From assembly GCA_964016885.1 (NCBI GenBank), contig OZ024740.1, forward strand, positions 187,674,001 to 187,738,000: DNA of 64,000 bases. The letters are read 5' to 3'. The stretch comes from Eledone cirrhosa (Eukaryota). How positions within the stretch are numbered: the first letter of the stretch is position 1; each line of letters opens with the position of its first letter. This document shows positions 41,601 through 55,122 of the stretch, in pieces. Position numbers and translations under genes: made by a program. The notes under the pieces are model-generated. The model ran no database searches. It had not been told where the DNA came from and saw only the letters and a list, made by a program, of their open reading frames with translations.

Positions 41601-44260
41601 TGCGAAACACGAAGGCTGCATCGTCCGAAGCAAAATACGTGCTCTGGGAAACGAGGGGACCAAAGCTGTTAGCTGGGCCCGCGTGACAGAAGCCAAAAGA
41701 GGGAGCAGATCCACTATCCGGTCTTTGCGAGACCAGGATAGACGGGTGATCCTTGAACCTAAGCGGATGTGCGACGCTTTTCAAAAGCACTTTGCCGGAT
41801 TAATCGGAAGGGGCGGGGAGCCGGTTGGGGATGTGGACTTCGGTCCATAACTCGACGGCCTGCGCGTCTCTCGGACAGGGAGGCGAAGTCCTGCGAGGAG
41901 CCCACTTCAGCCGCTGAGATAGAGGACAAGCTTAGCCAATGCGGCAATCGCAAATCCACGGGTTTCGATGGTCTTCCATGCGAACTGTATCTAGCTATGC
42001 CGGACTTGTTCTCCGATCTCCTCGAGGCGGTCTACTGCAACTGGCAACAGCACGGGTGAATTCCCTGTGCTTTGACCTAGTCATGCTAGTGAGGAAGGAC
42101 GAGAACAAGGGGGACGATATAAATAATTTCAGGCCCATAACTCTGCTAAATACAGAGTTACAGATTTTGGCCAAAGTGCTAGCAAAGAGGTTGGCGCTTG
42201 TCGTGGGCAACCTGGTGGGCGATGCGCAGACATGTACTATCCCGTCCAGGTCCATCCACGACAACCTCCACCTCATGCGATATATCATAGAGACGGTTGG
42301 GAACGAACCCGGCTTTGGTGGGGCCCTGATCAACTTGGATCAATCTAAGGCGTTCGATAGGGTCGACCATGGTTACCTGGATGCGGTGCTAGCGGCGGCA
42401 TGCTTCGGACTCGTTTTCAGGGGCTGGATCAATGCCAAGCAGAGCAGCCGCATCTGCTCTAGGGCCAAGCTGAACGGCTACCTCTCAGAGCCGTTCGAAA
42501 TCGCGCGGTCCATTCGATAAGGGTGCCCTCTCTCCTCCCTTCTGTATGTAATGACTCTAGAGCCACTGCTGCGGAAATTGGTGTTGTTGCAGGGCATCCC
42601 GTTGGAACCGGGATTGCGGAAAGCGGTGTCGGCCTACACCGACAGCGTAACAGTAATGGTGTCGACGGCCTCGGAAATCGGGGCGATCGGCACCTTACTG
42701 GAGGAGTACGAAAGGTTTACAGGGGCTAAGCTGAACCGGGACAAGTCGATCGGTCTGCAACTCGGCACGTGGAGGGGCAGATCGATGCCCTCCGATGGCG
42801 TCGTTGGGCGCTGGACGGAGGGCCCGGTGAAGTTGCTCGGGGTCTGGTTCGGACCAGACCTCCAGGTGGAGAAGAACTGGGGTGAGGTAACGAACAGGGT
42901 GTTTGCACTGACCCAGAAGTGGGCCAAGTGCAAACTGTCCCTGAAAGGTCGAGCGGAGGTGGCGAACACTTATATAGCGTCCATCATCTACTACCGCCTG
43001 ACCGTTGTGCCTTGCCCAAGGGAAACGATCGGCAAAATTGAGCGCGCACTCTTCCAATTCCTTTGGAAGAAGTGGGCTCCTATGGTGAGGAGATCCATCT
43101 GCTGTCAACACCCTTCGAAAGGAGGGCTGGGGATGCCATGGCTAATGATACGTAAACACGCATTAAGGCTACGGCACCTCCAGGTATTCCTCACTGGTCA
43201 ACCGGTGTGGGCCCCGTTTGTGAGGAGAGCCTTTCCCAGACTCGTCTCACTCACCGAGCTGCAATCCTGGGTCAAGCAAAGACCGAGAAAACTGGGTGCC
43301 TGGCACACCGAGTGTGCCCAGGCGCTCATGGCTCTCTGGCAGGCGGACCCGGCTGTCAGTGGAGAATCCACCTCATCATTCTATAGGGGGCTGGTGGTTA
43401 GCAGGTGCGATGGCGCCCTCGGCGCAGCCCTAGGCATGGAGGAAGACGAACTGGACAACCTGTTCCGTAGGACATTCAGCCGGGACCCATGGATAACTTC
43501 CAGAGGTCCCTGGCCTGGCAGTGCTACCGAGGGGCTCTGCCCGTTCGAGAAAGGATCTACAGACACGGGCGCCCGGGTAGGGACCCCTCAAAAAAAATCT
43601 GTCCCAGATGTGTGTGCGACGAGGAAACCGTTGCACACGCTTTGGTACACTGCTCGGGCATTGCCGATCCGTGGGGCGATGTCGGACAACTGCTGTCAAG
43701 GGTGGGACCGATCTGGTTGACCACAGAGTCTATTGTAACGAAGGAGAGGCAGTGTTTCTTTGCGTAATAGCCATGGCGAAAGAGGTTGTATGGTGGACGC
43801 GTCTGAAAGGACTGAGGTCAGACACCTTTCTCTCTGGCCAACAACTGGTCCGTTTCTTCCGATATCATTTCGGAAGAAGGATCAGGATGGAGAGAGAGGT
43901 GCTGCACCCCAGCCGTTTTTATGAAGATGGGTGAAAGTGACGAGAATGGCCCGTGTGAATGGGCCATCACTCTATATCAGACTATAGGTGAGGAAGATGA
44001 AAGACCAAGAGAGCACCCCCTCTTTGTGCTCCTGAGGAGAAGGGTTGCACACTTTTTTCGGGGGGTGTGTGCGACCCCCCAAGGCGCCTCCTCCCTATTG
44101 AGGATTTTGTTATAAAATTTATTTTGTTATATTTTATTTATTTTTATACTTTTATATCTTGTTATTGCCTTCTCCATATTGAGGGACGCCTTTGCATGTA
44201 AACTCCCCCTTTGTACTTGTCCCCACTTTTGATGCCCTGGTGGCAAATAAAAAGAAAGTT
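38640..44260 (+). mobile_element. Tx1/L1-clade non-LTR retrotransposon, near full length, decayed (ORF1 + ORF2)
   Basis: ORF1 from ATG 38859 with CCHC knuckle CYLCGTRGHLRDVC (39816-39857); ORF2 from 40588: LNARGL, VGDWN, SYLDRFL, SDH, GPGYWKLN, RPITLLN, LDQSKAFDRV, YTDS (decayed YADD), GGLG, CPRC..EETVAHALVHC; AATAAA near 44245; (TA)n on both sides. Confidence 0.93.
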
Positions 44261-44555
44261 ATATATTTATATGTATAATGTATATTTATATGTATATATA
44301 TGTATATATATATTTATATGTATTATATATATATATATTATATGTATATATATATATATATATATTTATAAGTATATATATATATATTTATAAGTATATA
44401 AATATTTATATGTATATATATATATTTATAGTATATAAATATATGTATATTTATATGTATATATATATATGTATATATATATATATTTTATATGTATATA
44501 TATATATTTATATGTATATATATATACATATATATTTATATGTATATATATATAC

Positions 44556-44594
<39 letters not shown>

Positions 44595-44648
44595 TTTATA
44601 GGTATATATATATATTTATAGGTATATATATATATTTATATATATATG

Positions 44649-44679
<31 letters not shown>

Positions 44680-45187
44680 ACATATTTATATGTATATATA
44701 TATATTTAGGTGTATATATATATATTTATATGTATATATATATATTTATATGTATATATATATACATATAAATATATATATATACATATAAATATATATA
44801 TAATATATAAATATATATATATACACCTAAATATGGTGTATATATATATATATACAGAGCTGTATGGGAGCATCCCAAAAGTCAGCTCAAAAGTGACACA
44901 GAGGAGACTGAGGTTGGCTGGACATGCTCACCGACATCCAGAGTTGATATTGCACTCAGTGCTCCTTTGGGAGCCCCTACATGGACACACTAGAAGAGGA
45001 AGACCAAGGTTAACATATGTTGATGCCCTCAGGACAGACACTGGTCTGTTGGAGATGCAGGATATGGCAGCGATAATGAGGGACAGAGACCGCTGGAGAG
45101 AACTCGTCCATGGATCTCGGGAATTTTACCCGCCTTAGATAGATAGATATATATTTATATGTATATATATGTATATATATATCTATA

Positions 45188-45242
<55 letters not shown>

Positions 45243-45290
45243 ATATATATATATATATACATATAAATATATATTTATATATATTTACCA
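44260..45290. repeat. Interrupted (TA)n tracts flanking a LINE fragment
   Basis: Direct inspection. Confidence 0.95.
44857..45138 (+). mobile_element. 3' fragment of a different RTE-like LINE
   Basis: ELYG.IPK....RRLRLAGHAHRHPE...LWEP.HG..RRGRP..TYVD.L..DTG. Confidence 0.8.
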
Positions 45291-47005
45291 ACTGCTCTCC
45301 TTCGTTGTGGATAATGCATTCTTCAATTTCCTCGGCCACACGTACAAACAGATCTCTGGGCTACCTATGGGCTCTAGTCTGTCCGGCATACTTGCGATCT
45401 CGTACATGGACCACCTGGAATGCAAGTCACTCAACACCTGCCAACCCAACGCCGGCGCCTTCTACTCCAGTTACGTTGATGACATACTGATACTCACTTC
45501 TTCCCGGGAGATGGCGAATGAAATTCACCAAATCTTCAACGACACTGACCATCACGTCGATTTCACCATCGAACACCCTGGAGAAGACGGGTCACTCGCC
45601 CTCCTCGACTTCCGTATCAACATCTCGAAAGAAGGAGACATAAACACCACCTTCTACCACAAGGCAGCGTGCAAGGACTTATTTGTGCATTACAACTCAG
45701 CCCTCCCCAACAACGCTAAGAGAGGCTATGTCCTAAATGAACTTACACGGATAACTAATAGATGCAGCGACCCGATGGGTGGTCTCACCCATACCACGCA
45801 ATTCCGTAATCTACTCAAGTCTAATGGATATCCCAAGCGACTGATCAACGGAATTAGAGACCCCAGACCCAATAGACAGACACCCACTAGAAACTTAGAT
45901 AAAAGCAGGTGCTTCTTTAAAATCCCCCACCTGAGTGAATATGCCACGAACGCCATCCGCAGGGCCATACGGAGGGAGGGACTTGACATACATTTGGCCC
46001 ACACAGGACCTTCGCTCCGAAGATGCCTCTCCAACAAACCCGACGAGTCAGATGGGACGTGTTCCCTCAGCAACTGCCCGATACGGGGTCAGATTGCCTA
46101 CGCACCTATGTCGTATATAAGATTCAATGCGATAAATGTAACAAGTTTTACATAGGTAGCACCATCCGACCCCTACATGTTCGTATCAAGGAACATGTCA
46201 ACACCAACGCATCTTCCTTCCGTAAACACATCCTTAAATGCAGAAAGCCACAGGGCAGACCCTTGGTCACAGTCCTAGCGACTGAACGCAGCATCGGATC
46301 ATTAAGGATAAAGGAAGCACTTGTTATTAAGAACCTCAGACCCCCACTTAACAACCGGGCTGAGAGAAATGAGCTGACATGGCTAATTTAACCATAGTGA
46401 CCAGTAACAGCCCCTACGGCCTACTATCTCTCACGCACACGCACTTATATGTATACCCATACACATACACACACACATCTATATTTATACACGCACACAT
46501 GTTTATACAACCTACCACCTTTCACACCCTTTGATTTCAAGCTTCTACGGCCCACTATCTTTCACACACACACACTCACATACATACACACATACACATA
46601 CAGTTACACGCACATATATATTTACACACATATTTTACAGCTTTCACACGCTAGCGCACCCTATTGATTTAACCCAATTGGTCAGTAGCTTTTGCCACAG
46701 CCTATCACGCGCACACGCATTCTTTCCCTCGTTTGAATTTTCCCCATAACGGCATTCCTATGTTTTAACGACAATACAACTTTCTCCGGCATAGCCTGTC
46801 CCCCCCCCCCCCTTTTGGAACTTTCCCCCGTTGATGGGCGTGAGCCCGAAATATTGGGATTAAATCTCCACTACGGTAACCCTTCTACCTTTGTTTTGTT
46901 TTCATTTTCGTTTCCCTCAATTTTCACTTTTCTCATATTTCTCACTCACTTCCTACCTCGAGATTTCCCATCTGCATTGTTGTGGCTTTCTAAACTACAT
47001 ATAGT
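45288..47005 (+). mobile_element. Penelope-like element (RT + GIY-YIG), 5'-truncated, one frameshift near 46085
   Basis: [25 protein letters not shown]; VVYKIQCDKCNKFYIGSTIRPLHVRIKEH...EAL.I....P.LN; HHR-like motif at 46824-46859. Confidence 0.92.
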
Positions 47006-47153
47006 ATATATATATATATATTTGAATGTATATATAGTGTATTTTGCAATACACTGTATGCTTAATTAAAAAAAATTTCGAAGACCTTATGCTATTGTTT
47101 TAGAGTAGTGACAGTCTCACTTACTTTAAATTTTCAGCAAACAAGGTAGATAA

Positions 47154-47198
47154 AGCTGACAGAGCTATGTTTCGTACTGATTGGTACTTATCAAAGCC
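47154..47198 (-). ncRNA. Hammerhead ribozyme, U3-A8 core variant
   Basis: GGCU-UUGAUAA-GUAC(CAAUCA)GUAC-GAAACAUAGCUCUGUC-AGCU. Confidence 0.65.
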
Positions 47199-47618
47199 AA
47201 GTACTCCACCTGTATGCTGAAAATCATGCATGTTTGATTCTTATAGAATTTCTAGTAATAATCAGGAACTGATTATACAGAGCGGTTGCCGGTCAAGCAG
47301 AAATTGATAATTAGAATTGGCGCTCTGAAATAGAGATATATATATGAATGTATATATAGTGTATTTTGCAATACACTGTATGCTCAATTAAAAGCATTTC
47401 GAAGACCTTTTGCTATTGTTTTAGACTAGTGACAGTCTCACTTACTTTAAAGTAAGTGAGACTCTCACTACACTAAAACATCTCTATTTCAGACCGCCAA
47501 TTCTAATTTTCAATTTCTGCTTGACCGGCAACCGCTCTGTATAATCAGTTCCTGATTATTACTAGAAATCCTATAAGAATCAAACATTCTTGATTTTCAG
47601 CAAACAGGTGGAGTACTT

Positions 47619-47663
47619 GGCTTTGATAAGTACCAATCAGTACGAAACATAGCTCTGTCAGCT
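47619..47663 (+). ncRNA. Hammerhead ribozyme, U3-A8 core variant
   Basis: Same sequence as the 47154-47198 motif, on the opposite strand. Confidence 0.65.
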
Positions 47664-47874
47664 TTATCTCTCCTGTTTGCTGAAAATTTAAAGTAAGTGA
47701 GACTGTCACTATCCTAAAACAATAGCATAAGGTCTTCGAAATGCTTTTAATTAAGCATATAGTGTATTGCAAAATGCACTATATATACATTCATATATAT
47801 ATCGCTATTTCATAGCGACAATTCTAATATATATATTTATATGTATATATATATATATATTTATATGTATATAT

Positions 47875-50437
47875 ATCATCATCATCATCATCGTCATCAT
47901 CATCGTTTAACGTCTATATTCCACGCTTTCATGGGTTTGGACGGGAGTTTTCCCACTTGAGGCAAGAGTGGTTGTCTTGCTTGCATAGGACTGTCTGGCG
48001 AGTTTTCTACAGCTGGATGCCCTTCCTAACACCAACCACATTTACAGTGTGGGACTGGGAGGTTTTTACTGTGTTACATACACGGCCACATTACAGCGTG
48101 GACTGTGTGTTTTTTTTTGTCGTGACACCTACACGACCTCATTTGTTTCGGCCTGGATGTTTTGGCACCAACATAACTTTACATTGAAAGGGGCGGTGTG
48201 GATGGGGTGGGGGTAGTGGGACAGGGGTGTATTTTGTTAGAGGTGCCTACTGACTGTAGTAGGTTTTACTTTGTATTTAGGTAAGGCGTGTCTTCTCTAT
48301 TACTGAGTACCGCCAAAGATCTCGGTCCAGTGACATTGTCTTGGAGAGGTGTAAGTGTGTGAGGTCGGAATTTATCAAGTCGTCCCACGTTTTTCTGGGT
48401 CTGCCTACTCCGTGGCTACCGTCTATCTTTATTGCCCTGCACTTTTTTATACAGCTGTCGTCTTTCATGCGCATCACGTGACCATTCCAACGTAGCCTTC
48501 TCTCAAGTAAACAACATCTGATCCCTCTTATTTCTGATTTTTCCCTTAGTTCGTTAATGCTTTGCCGTTCACATATATTAGTATTACACATCCAGCGGAG
48601 TATGCAAGCTTCGTTCCTCTCTAGTCTGCGTATATCCTCTACACAGAATGCCCAGGTCTCACTGCCATGCAACATTGCTGTTCGTATGCAGGCATCATAC
48701 AACCTGCTTTTCATTTTTATGGAGAACCCTTTAGTGGCTAATAGTGGTATAAGCTCTCTGAACTTTTTCCATCCACTTCTGACTCTAGCTACTGTACTTT
48801 CCGAGCGCCCTCCCCCACTGCTGATTTTGTCACCCAGGTAACGGAAGCTGTCCACTATTTCTATAGAACCCTCTGCGCAATTGAAAGAGCTAGTATTTAG
48901 TGGGCACTTGCTGCTACTTATTGCACCAGAGCACCAGCCACATGTAAAATCTATGTTCTTAGTTAGCTTACCTGTGATCCCACTACATCTTTTATGCACC
49001 CATACTTTGCATTTGGGACATAAAATAGAGTTTCTCCCTACGACTTTCCTACACACTGAGCATGGCCATTTCCCGGAAGGGACCGGCGCCTTATTTTCTT
49101 CCCTACAAACTAGAACTTTAGTCTTAGCCAGGTTAATTTTAAGGCCTTTTGATTCTAGGCCGTGCTTCCATGTTTGGAATTCTTCTCTAGCTCGGCCATT
49201 GATTCAGCTATGAGTGTTAGATCATCTGCGTATAGGAGTTCCCATGGGCAGCTGGTCTTGAACTCCACTGTTATAGCCTGAAGGGCAATAATAAATAGTA
49301 GGGGCTAAGAACAGAGCCCTGATGAACACCAACTTTTATGCTAAACTCTTCACTATATTTGTTGTTAATTCTAACCTTGCTGACTGTTTCTCTATACATG
49401 GCTTGTATAGCTCTCACAAGCCATTCGTCAACACCTAGTTTTCTAAGAGCCCACCAGATAATGGAACGGGGGACTCTGTCGAAGGCTTTCTCCAAGTCAA
49501 CAAAAGCTAAGTATAGGGGTTTACTTTTAGCTAGGTACTTCTCCTGTAGTTGTCGTACAATGAAAAGAGCGTCTGTGGTACTTTTGCCTGACACAAACCG
49601 GAACTGCATTTCATCTAGATCAATTCTCTCTCTGATTAGTTGCGCTATTACTTTTTCCGTGACCTTCATGACCTGGTCGATTAAGTTGATGCCTCTATAG
49701 TTACTCCTATCTAGGGCATCTCCTTACCCTTGTAACAGTTAATGATGATGCTGTTACGCAAGTCCTTTGGAACAACCCCATTCTGTATGACTTGGTTTAC
49801 CATCCGGGTGACCATCGTGTGTCCCACCGTTCCAGAGGCTTTCAGCATCTCAGCAACTATTTCTGAAGGCCCAGCCGCCTTACCCGTCTTCATATCTTTG
49901 ATTGCCTTACTTATTATACTACCTTCGACTAACACTGCTGGTCCCTCTATTGGGTCGATGTGGGGGGAGACTGTCTTTCTCCCATTTATTCTCCTCATTT
50001 AGTAGCCTTTCATAGTGACACTTCCAAGCTACCTTCTTATCAGCGTCAGTGATGGCAAGTACGCCATCATCATTAAGTACACACTTCTCCCCGACAATAT
50101 CACGGTTTTCCTTGACACGTTGCCTAGCAATCCTGAACACCTCACGTTTTTGGTCCTCGCATTGTAGAACATGCTTGAACTTTCTTTCCTCTGCTTCCCT
50201 TCTTGCGAAGTACACTTGTCTTCTAGCTTCCCTCCTGGCCACTTGATAGTCTTCTCTACTTCCCCCATCCCGCCATACTTTCCAAACCTGCTTTTTGGCC
50301 TTAATTGACTCCTTCACCTTACTGTTCCACCACCATGTTACTCTCCTCCTGCCTATAGGCCTGCTCCAGCCATAGAATTCGTCTGCCGCCATCAGCAGGT
50401 ATGCTTTCAGGAATTCCCACTGTTCCTCTATATTGTA
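47875..50437 (-). mobile_element. RTE-clade LINE (PHD-finger family), 5'-truncated, frameshifted
   Basis: ORF pieces 49919-50440, 49711-49998, 49271-49669 and 48277-49056; 3' UTR with (CAT)n tail. Confidence 0.95.
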
Positions 50438-50448
50438 CATATATATAC

Positions 50449-50563
<115 letters not shown>

Positions 50564-50711
50564 TATATATATATATTTATATGTATATATATATATATTG
50601 ATATGTATATATATATATATTGATATGTATATATATTTATATTTATATGTATATATATATATATTTATATGTATATATATATTGATATGTATATATATTT
50701 ATATTTATATG

Positions 50712-50751
<40 letters not shown>

Positions 50752-50778
50752 TACATGTTATATATAAATATACATATA

Positions 50779-51133
50779 AAGCCGACCTTACCCAATTACA
50801 CCCCTTAAAGACGATGACACACGACCGTGACCTCTGGCATCACGCAGTAATTCAGAAGACCCGACACCCCACAAGTACAAGCTGAAGCATATTGACAATA
50901 TACCCCCACACACTCCCACTGCAAAGTGGTCGTGGAGGTGCCACGGCAAAAAAGCACCCACCAATCTCTGTAAATCAGGTTGGTGTTAGGAAGGGCATCC
51001 AGCTGTAGAAATCAAGCCAGAATCAGTTCCCGTATGAGCAAGACATGGTCAGCCGACTGGCTACTGCCTACAACAGGACAACCTGTCTAACCCATGCTAG
51101 CAGGGAAGAACGGACGTAAAACGGTGATGATGA

Positions 51134-51136
<3 letters not shown>
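50779..51136 (+). mobile_element. RTE LINE 3' end, second subfamily
   Basis: DLTQLH...[13 protein letters not shown]; GGTTGGTGTTAGGAAGGGCATCCAGCTGTAGAA; (GAT)n tail. Confidence 0.85.
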
Positions 51137-51207
<71 letters not shown>

Positions 51208-51350
51208 ATTAGAATACTGGAGCGTGTTTGAGTCAAACACCCTCTTCGTATTATAGAAATGACAGTAAAAGGTATAGCTCAATGCAGTTAAACAGAGCCG
51301 AAAAATTAAGAGAGTAAAACAAAGAATCCTTTGATACATCAAAAGTTTTT

Positions 51351-51395
51351 ATTAGCCGACAATGTTTCGTCCTATTAAGGACTCATCAGGGCAAT
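51351..51395 (-). ncRNA. Minimal type I hammerhead ribozyme
   Basis: AUUGCC-CUGAUGA-GUCC(UUAAUA)GGAC-GAAAC-AUU-GUC-GGCUAAU; canonical core, GUC triplet. Confidence 0.88.
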
Positions 51396-54300
51396 CAAAA
51401 CAACAAGAGGTAATTTCGGCAGATACAAGCCAGAAACTCTGAAGAATATGGAGTTTACATACACTAATGTCTTACAAAGATATACGATAATAAAAATGAA
51501 GATAAAAATAATAAAATTATAATAACTCAGGATGTAGATAACATTAAGAACCATATTACAAATATAGTCCAAAGTCGCCAACTTAAATCTAAACAAATTT
51601 GGTTATATAGAGCAGGAATTATATATAACACAGTATAATACATTATAATAATAATATATCTATACCAACATTAAAATTCCAAATTAAAAATCAAAAGGTA
51701 CAATATATACATGTATATATGTGCGCACACACACACACACACACACATATTACAATACACATATCTATTTTCTATTACACAGAAATTAAGCCCTATTGGC
51801 AGTTTGAACATCAAAAATATCAAAAATAAGCATGGTAATAGTGAAAATAATGCTAATACATCTACCCAATATACATGAGGCAATAATATGATATAATTAC
51901 AAGAAACACTTATAACAAATAATAAACAACAAAATTATATAATACAATACAATATAATAAAGTAGAATATATAATCCCCAGTTAATTTACAGAAACAATA
52001 TAGATGTCACAGTGAAATATAATGATAAAATGTTAACATTATATTAACAATTACCATAAACAATATGTACAACATGATTCATACTGGGTTACATAATAAA
52101 TGAGGAAATATCAATCATATAATATAATACAATAATACTAAAAAAAACTATATTGGTACAGGGAACAATTATGATGTTACAGAAAAAATATGTTGTTACA
52201 GAAAAAATATACAGACATCTAACATGATATGTAAAGTCTAAATACCATAATGTTACATATTACAATATTAAAATATTAAAAAATCAAAAAATCCAGACAT
52301 CTTATATGATATATAAAGTTATATATAATAAACGGTAAGTAATAAGGATCTATATCATAATGTAATATATTTTAAAAATTGGCATAAAATATATAAATAA
52401 ATACTTATAATTTCAAGGTTAGTAGACAGACATGTGTGGATGAGTAAACGAAGCCAGACAGTGAATAGTAAATAGAATATAGGATAAAACAAATAAATAC
52501 AATCAACCGGAAATTACAAAACAAAGCAAATGTATACACACTTAGGCCTCGCGTGCATTAAGAAATTTGGTAAACACCAAGGAAAGCGATCATTTTAAAT
52601 GACTCCAAACCCTATCTGATAAATTAATATTAAAAATATCAAATCCATCCGATAAGGTAGTATTAAATTAGCTATAGTCTAAGTCATTAAAGTATATAAA
52701 CTTTAATCTATCGTTACAAATGTTTACAAAAAGGAATAAAATTACACTATCATATACGCAACGATATCTAAAAAACTGACTTAAGTAGAGTTAAGGTAGG
52801 CTAATGGGGACAGAATTGACAAAATATATGGAGGGTGCGAAATGGCATAAAATATATTCGATATACTATAATAAATAATAGAACAGAGCATAAAAGAGGG
52901 GGGGTTAATATAATCATATTCAATCTAGAGGGGTTGACAATAAGTTTATGCGTGCATGGGGGGAGGGGGGAGAAGGGGGGGGGTCGATAGATAAATCAGA
53001 ATAGACTTAGAAATAAAAATAGAATTAAAAATAAAAATAAAAATAATGTTAAAATTAAAAATTAAAGTTAATGATAATAAAAGAATATATAAAGATAATA
53101 ACGTGTGTAATCTTATGTATACTAACAAGGTGTAATAGTGAAGACATAGATATGGTACAGTGGCCAAATGATTATGAGAGCTAGAATGAAGAGTCATCAA
53201 AAACCAATGACAACATTAATGTTGGCAAACAAAAGAACCCAAACAAAAAACTAAGTAATGGAATATATCTGCTAATGGGTACGATTTGTACTACTAGAAC
53301 ATTTGGGTTTATAATAAAAGTAAGAATTAGAAATTGCATGGGGGCAAGAAGAGAATATCTCAGACTTTCTATTCAGTAAGGGTACGCTAGAGAAAATAAT
53401 AGAGTGTGTCTCAAGTATACAGAGATTACAAAACTTACTATGTGCAGAAAGGTGGTTAGATCGTGCTACTAAACTCCAGTTAAGGCTATATGGTATATAA
53501 GCTCCCTTAAGATCCCAGATATAATGCGCTAGAGTGGTAGAATTCTTAAACCTAACATGTTTGAAGTTAGAGATATGAGAGTTAAACCTAGTCTTAAAAG
53601 TGTTTGAAGTAGATCCTATATATGTTCCTTTAGAGGAATTAGTTATAACCTCGCAAGCATAGACAATGTTCTTAGAAAGGCAGTTACCGTTTAGAGGGCA
53701 GTTAGCACTCACTCTACAATTGCACTTCCGGGTGTTATTGGTTGGCTCAAGTGGTGATGTATTGCACGTAGGACCTCTATTAGATAAGGACTGTTCTGGT
53801 GGTAAAGCATTGTCCGATGCATTCAGACTATTAGTATGTAGAGAGGAGAATCCATCCCTAATTTTCCTATTATTAGTGCTAGCTAAATGAGAACTCATAT
53901 TAGGGGTGGTAGAGAATGAGAGTTTAATAACATTTTTATTAAAAATACCATGGTATTTGTGAGAAGGGGGGAAATTTTTCTCCAGGATAGTGAAGAAAGA
54001 CCTAGGGATATTAATTGATACATCCTGGTTATATGGCGGGTTGAAATAAGTATTCAATCGCCTTCTATTTTTATTTTTATTCTTATCGACCCTACCTCTA
54101 TCAAAAGTAATATAATGTTAACATTTTATCATTATATTTCACTGTGACATCTATATTGTTTCTGTAAATTAACTGGGGATTATATATTCTACTTTATTAT
54201 ATTGTATTGTATTATATAATTTTGTTGTTTATTATTTGTTATAAGTGTTTCTTGTAATTATATCATATTATTGCTTCATGTATATTGGGTAGATGTATTA

Positions 54301-54590
54301 GCATTATTTTCACTATTACCATGCTTATTTTTGATATTGTTGATGTTCAAACTTCCAATAGGGCTTAATTTCTGTGTAATAGAAAATAGATATGTGTATT
54401 GTAATATGTGTGTGTGTGTGTGTGTGTGTGTGCGCACATATATACATGTATATATTGTACCTTTTGATTTTTAATTTGGAATTTTAATGTTGGTATAGAT
54501 ATATTATTATTATAATGTATTATACTGTGTTATATATAATTCTTCAGAGTTTCTGGCTTGTATCTGCCGAAATTACATCTTGTTGTTTTG

Positions 54591-54635
54591 ATTGCTCTGA
54601 TGAGTCCTTAATAGGACGAAACATTGTCGGCTAAT
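54591..54635 (+). ncRNA. Minimal type I hammerhead ribozyme (inverted-repeat copy)
   Basis: ATTGCT-CTGATGA-GTCC TTAATA GGAC-GAAAC-ATT-GTC-GGCTAAT. Confidence 0.85.
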
Positions 54636-54676
54636 AAAAACTTTTGATGTATTAAAGGATTCTTTGTTTTACTCTC

Positions 54677-54760
<84 letters not shown>

Positions 54761-54763
<3 letters not shown>

Positions 54764-55096
54764 CACATGGCTTAGTGGTTAGAGCATTGGCCTTGCAATC
54801 GAAAGGTTGTGAGTTCAATTCTCAGACCGGGTCATGTGTTGTTTCCTTGAGCAAGACACTTTATTTCACATTGCTCAAGTTTACTCAGCTGTAGAAATGA
54901 GATAATAGGGACTGGGGTCCCTATCATTCCACTGCAAAGTGGAGGTGCCACGACAAAAAAGCACCCAGCACTCACTGTAAATGCGGTTGGTGTTAGGAAG
55001 GGCATCCAGCTGTAGAAATCAAGCCAGAATCAGTTCCCGTCCCACCCTTGCAAGCAGGGAAGAAGCGGACGTAAAATGAAATGATAATGAAATGAT
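54761..55096 (+). mobile_element. tRNA-derived SINE with RTE-derived 3' tail
   Basis: A box TGGCTTAGTGG (54768), B box GTTCAATTC (54813), CCTTGAGCAAGACACTTT central motif, tail shared with the RTE 3' UTR at 50930-51136. Confidence 0.88.
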
Positions 55097-55122
55097 ATAT
55101 ACATATATATTTATATATATTA

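Larger units (their letters stand above)
47023..47828. mobile_element. ~320-bp non-coding HHR-containing unit in tandem plus inverted arrangement (retrozyme-like)
   Basis: Unit 47023-47344, partial direct repeat 47345-47450, fold-back at TTTAAA 47445-47450, inverted full unit ~47480-47795. Confidence 0.8.
51205..54681 (-). mobile_element. Penelope-like element, Naiad-type, 5'-truncated with an inverted copy of its 3' terminal repeat
   Basis: ORF 53272-54057: YFNPPY...FP..H.YH.IFN.N.IK.S.S...CNCR...CPLNGNCL...IVY...YIGST...FKTR...H; 51305-52045 inverted at 54108-54681. Confidence 0.92.

Noticed and set aside
54761-54835. tRNA gene
   Set aside because: A and B boxes are present, but the sequence continues into a SINE body and LINE-like tail, has a second dispersed copy, and has no clean cloverleaf
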